Shown: one piece after another, positions 63,386 to 64,000 of the stretch | Layout: the number at the start of each line of letters is the position of its first letter | How positions within the stretch are numbered: position 1 is the stretch's first letter | Virus record (IMG/VR): IMGVR_UViG_3300016674_000106 | Strand: one strand, 5' to 3' | DNA: 64,000 nt | From: a virus | Program-made: the position numbers and the translations under genes | The notes under the pieces: generated by a model | The model's database searches: none | Told to the model about the DNA's origin: nothing | What the model saw: the letters and a program-made list of their open reading frames with translations, nothing else

Positions 63386-64000
63386 TTACCAATCCTTTTT
63401 ACTACAAATCAACGCTTTGTTTCCGTTTCTGATTAGAAACTTTTCATTGATTTTGTAAATTTCGTAATTTCCTAAGTATTTCTCTAAGAACAACACCTGT
63501 CCTCTTGACGATTCATCTAATTGAATTCCACCGGGTATCTGATCTTTTAACTCGTCATATGTTCCGATATGCTCAATTTTAAGTTTTAAAGGAGATGCAA
63601 ACGGTTTCACTATAGTTGCTACAGAGTTTTCGTCAAGTTCGTCAACAGTTGTTGCACCTTGATCAAGCACACTGCTAATATCCGCCTTTCCTTGCTCCTT
63701 AACTCGGAGGTTATAGTCTTCGGCCGTTAACGGAATGTACTGTTGTATATTATCTTCAGTGGCGTCGTGAGACATTACATCTTTAAAAAACTTAAATTTC
63801 CAAGTTTTAATGTCACATAGCTGTCCTACACCTTGCAGCAGATCAAGCAACACCTTTGGCAACTCGTCGTTTCTTTCTAATTCTACAAAGACTGCATAAT
63901 CTCCGGTAGATTCTTCGCCTGCACTCATGTCAGCATCAAGGATGTCAGAATAACCCTTTTCGATAAACTCCATTAAATCTATTGCAGGAAACTTATCTTC
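63386..64000 (-). CDS. Hypothetical protein, probably 5'-truncated by the window edge
   Basis: The frame stays open from 63973 to 64000 (EDKFPAIDL-MEFIEKG). Confidence 0.55.
   Translation of the reverse strand, partial: EDKFPAIDLMEFIEKGYSDILDADMSAGEESTGDYAVFVELERNDELPKVLLDLLQGVGQLCDIKTWKFKFFKDVMSHDATEDNIQQYIPLTAEDYNLRVKEQGKADISSVLDQGATTVDELDENSVATIVKPFASPLKLKIEHIGTYDELKDQIPGGIQLDESSRGQVLFLEKYLGNYEIYKINEKFLIRNGNKALICSKKDW

Noticed and set aside
1-64000. Stop-codon recoding or an alternative genetic code
   Set aside because: Very long ORFs and dense gene packing under the standard code; TAA, TGA and TAG all end genes at sensible positions.
1-64000. CRISPR arrays, tRNA or rRNA genes
   Set aside because: No regularly spaced repeats or cloverleaf-like sequences seen; intergenic gaps are short and largely explained. 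A tRNAscan/cmscan run would be needed to exclude atypical RNAs.

Overview
A 64-kb segment of a large T4-like (myovirus-type, probably jumbo) phage genome in the standard genetic code; spanin-like genes and sigma70-type promoters point to a Gram-negative host. From left to right: a partial gp47-like nuclease and a gp55-like late sigma factor (minus strand), then a 30-kb plus-strand baseplate/tail block (1586-31567: gp48/54-, gp53-, hub-, gp5-, gp25- and gp6-like genes, a 4210-aa giant structural protein and four paralogous tail fibres). After a bidirectional terminator, a minus-strand block carries thyA, DHFR, a MoxR/VWA pair, RNase H with a free-standing GIY-YIG endonuclease, a 7-deazaguanine modification island, sliding clamp and family-B polymerase, a late cluster of putative head-internal proteins with three nucleotidyltransferase-fold genes, a dnaJ-def-clpA operon and a holin/GH19/spanin lysis cassette. 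The island contains FolE, QueD, QueE, a TGT/DpdA-like protein, a second T-fold protein, a phosphoribosyltransferase, a MazG-like enzyme and a GT-B glycosyltransferase, with no QueC or QueF in the window. The strongest leads are this island, two hairpins with an identical 8-nt loop in front of the polymerase gene, and the nucleotidyltransferase trio. All product calls come from motif recognition by eye; no database searches were run.
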